From Candidatus Micrarchaeota archaeon (GTDB lineage Archaea > Micrarchaeota > Micrarchaeia > Norongarragalinales > Norongarragalinaceae), in NCBI GenBank assembly GCA_016207165.1, contig JACQQD010000001.1, forward strand, positions 32,001 to 96,000: a stretch of DNA of 64,000 nucleotides, read 5' to 3'. The translations under genes and the position numbers were made by a program. Positions within the stretch are counted from its first letter, which is position 1. Each line of letters opens with the position of its first letter. The notes beneath the pieces are model-generated. The model did not search any database and had not been told where the DNA came from. It saw only the letters and a list, made by a program, of their open reading frames with translations. Positions 62,658 to 64,000 of the stretch are shown here, one piece after another.

Positions 62658-63683
62658 ATGGCGTTCGTCATCGCTTCCCATGCCGAGGACATCGCTTCCG
62701 CCAAAAGGCAGGCGCTCGTCGTGAAAGCCGCCGTGTACCGCCACGACGTGGCGTGGAGTCTGCACTCGGATTTTGCGGGGGTCGGCATTTGGGCGAAGGC
62801 GTTTGCCAAGACGTGCGGGTTTGAAGTCTTTTACTCGAACGCCGAAAAACTGCCGGGACCCGCGTTTTCGGGGCCGCACGGAGGCTTCAATGCGGGCTTG
62901 CTTTTGGGTTTTCTGCATGACGCGGGTGTCGTGTGCTTGCGGCACGACGTGGTCTTGCATGAGGCGGCGTTGGATGGCTTGGCTGGAACTCACGCTGGCG
63001 CACTGTTGGGGGCGTGTCACGGCTTTTGCCAGCACCCGGTGGCCGCTCGAACGAAAATCCAAGAGGTTCTTCACAGCGTCAAGGCCGGCGTGGTTTCCAA
63101 GGCGTTTGCCAGCAAGCAGTTGGCCGACGTGGTTTCCGGGAAATGGGATTCCGACGAGTTTCACCCGTGTTTTGACAGCTTGTTCGTCTCGCCGCATGCC
63201 GCGGGGTCGTGTCCGATTCCGCCGTGGAGCGTGGAGCCTTTCTTGTTGTACAGCCAGGTCGCGTACCGGTTCGGAGTTCACGTGGGGCAAGCCGATCGGC
63301 CGTGGACCCGGCACGAACAAAACGTTTCAACGCCCTTGAACGTATTGTGGCGGGATTACCACGCCACGCAGGCGCTGGCGGGAGTCATTCAGTACGTGTT
63401 GGACAAGACGTCGTTTCGGACGGTGTCGGATTACTTGTTGGACGAGGCGGCGACGTCCGTCTTATGGGACGATGAACCGTTTTTGACGTCCAACCTTTTG
63501 GCCGCCGTCTCCGCCGTGGACGAGCCCCTGGCGAAGTCTCTTGACGCCTTGAGCCGGCCAGTGCCGATTCACGCGAAGAACCTCAAGGTTCCCGCGAAAC
63601 TTTTTTTGGAGGCCCAAACGTCTTGGGAGAAAACCCTTCAGCACGCGGGGCAAACCGGGTTGGTCGAGTCGCTTCGGCTTTGA
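62658..63683 (+). CDS. Hypothetical protein
   Basis: Long ORF with TATA-like element upstream. Confidence 0.65.
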   Translation: MAFVIASHAEDIASAKRQALVVKAAVYRHDVAWSLHSDFAGVGIWAKAFAKTCGFEVFYSNAEKLPGPAFSGPHGGFNAGLLLGFLHDAGVVCLRHDVVLHEAALDGLAGTHAGALLGACHGFCQHPVAARTKIQEVLHSVKAGVVSKAFASKQLADVVSGKWDSDEFHPCFDSLFVSPHAAGSCPIPPWSVEPFLLYSQVAYRFGVHVGQADRPWTRHEQNVSTPLNVLWRDYHATQALAGVIQYVLDKTSFRTVSDYLLDEAATSVLWDDEPFLTSNLLAAVSAVDEPLAKSLDALSRPVPIHAKNLKVPAKLFLEAQTSWEKTLQHAGQTGLVESLRL

Positions 63684-63727
63684 ATCCGTTGCTATTAACT
63701 AGGGGCTTTGCCTTGGTTTTCTCGGTT

Positions 63728-64000
63728 ATGCGTTTCGTTCCGGCGCTCTGTTTTTTCCTGGCCTTGGTTACGGCCGTTTCCGCTTCGCCTTTGGATGACG
63801 TGGCCGTGCATGCGGCCCAATACGAGCGGGGGGAAACCAGTTTTCTCCAACTCAAGGTGTTGCTGGTGGAAAGCCGCGACGAATTGATGCGGTCCGTGGA
63901 ACGCGACTTGGTCCAAGTCAACCCCGATGACGAGCATTTCCGGGGCTGGCCGAAAGAAGCGGCGGAACGCATCTTGGGCGAACCCACGCGTGTGGAGCAA
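63728..64000 (+). CDS. Secreted protein (partial, runs off window)
   Basis: Hand translation MRFVPALCFFLALVTAVSA-SPLDDV...; signal peptide. Confidence 0.65.
   Translation, partial: MRFVPALCFFLALVTAVSASPLDDVAVHAAQYERGETSFLQLKVLLVESRDELMRSVERDLVQVNPDDEHFRGWPKEAAERILGEPTRVEQ

Noticed and set aside
1-64000. Prophage, IS element or integrative element
   Set aside because: No transposase, integrase, terminal inverted repeats or viral structural genes recognised

Overview
Chromosomal segment of an archaeon. The gene set includes aEF-1beta, TFE, Rpo6, Cdc6/Orc1, histones, Trm56, Taw1, NreA, DTD2, a RecJ/GAN-type DHH protein and five tRNAs, three of them with introns. Compact genes and many interleaved orphan ORFs suggest a DPANN lineage such as Micrarchaeota (inference only). 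Strand composition flips from C/A-rich to G/T-rich across a ~2.8 kb AT-rich gap (29.6-32.4 kb) that carries ORB-like motifs, so this is the likely replication origin, about 25 kb from cdc6. Main highlights: (1) a complete eukaryote-like ubiquitin cascade at 35.8-40.9 kb (GG-terminal Ubl, UBC-type E2, E1, Rpn11-like JAB and a winged-helix/C4HC3-RING E3 candidate), with a shared KP[RK][IV]V motif in several components and a disordered protein ending in a membrane-targeting-like helix; (2) a non-coding array of five related hairpins closed by a basal stem, with a competing inverted repeat (14.98-15.18 kb); (3) an ~11-bp-phased repeat array upstream of an AAA+-wHTH / micro-protein / histone operon (43.7-45.5 kb); (4) an ECF-sigma-like protein in an archaeon, plus several unannotated micro-ORFs. 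No CRISPR array, transposase or integrase was found. All calls come from reading motifs by eye; no database searches were run.
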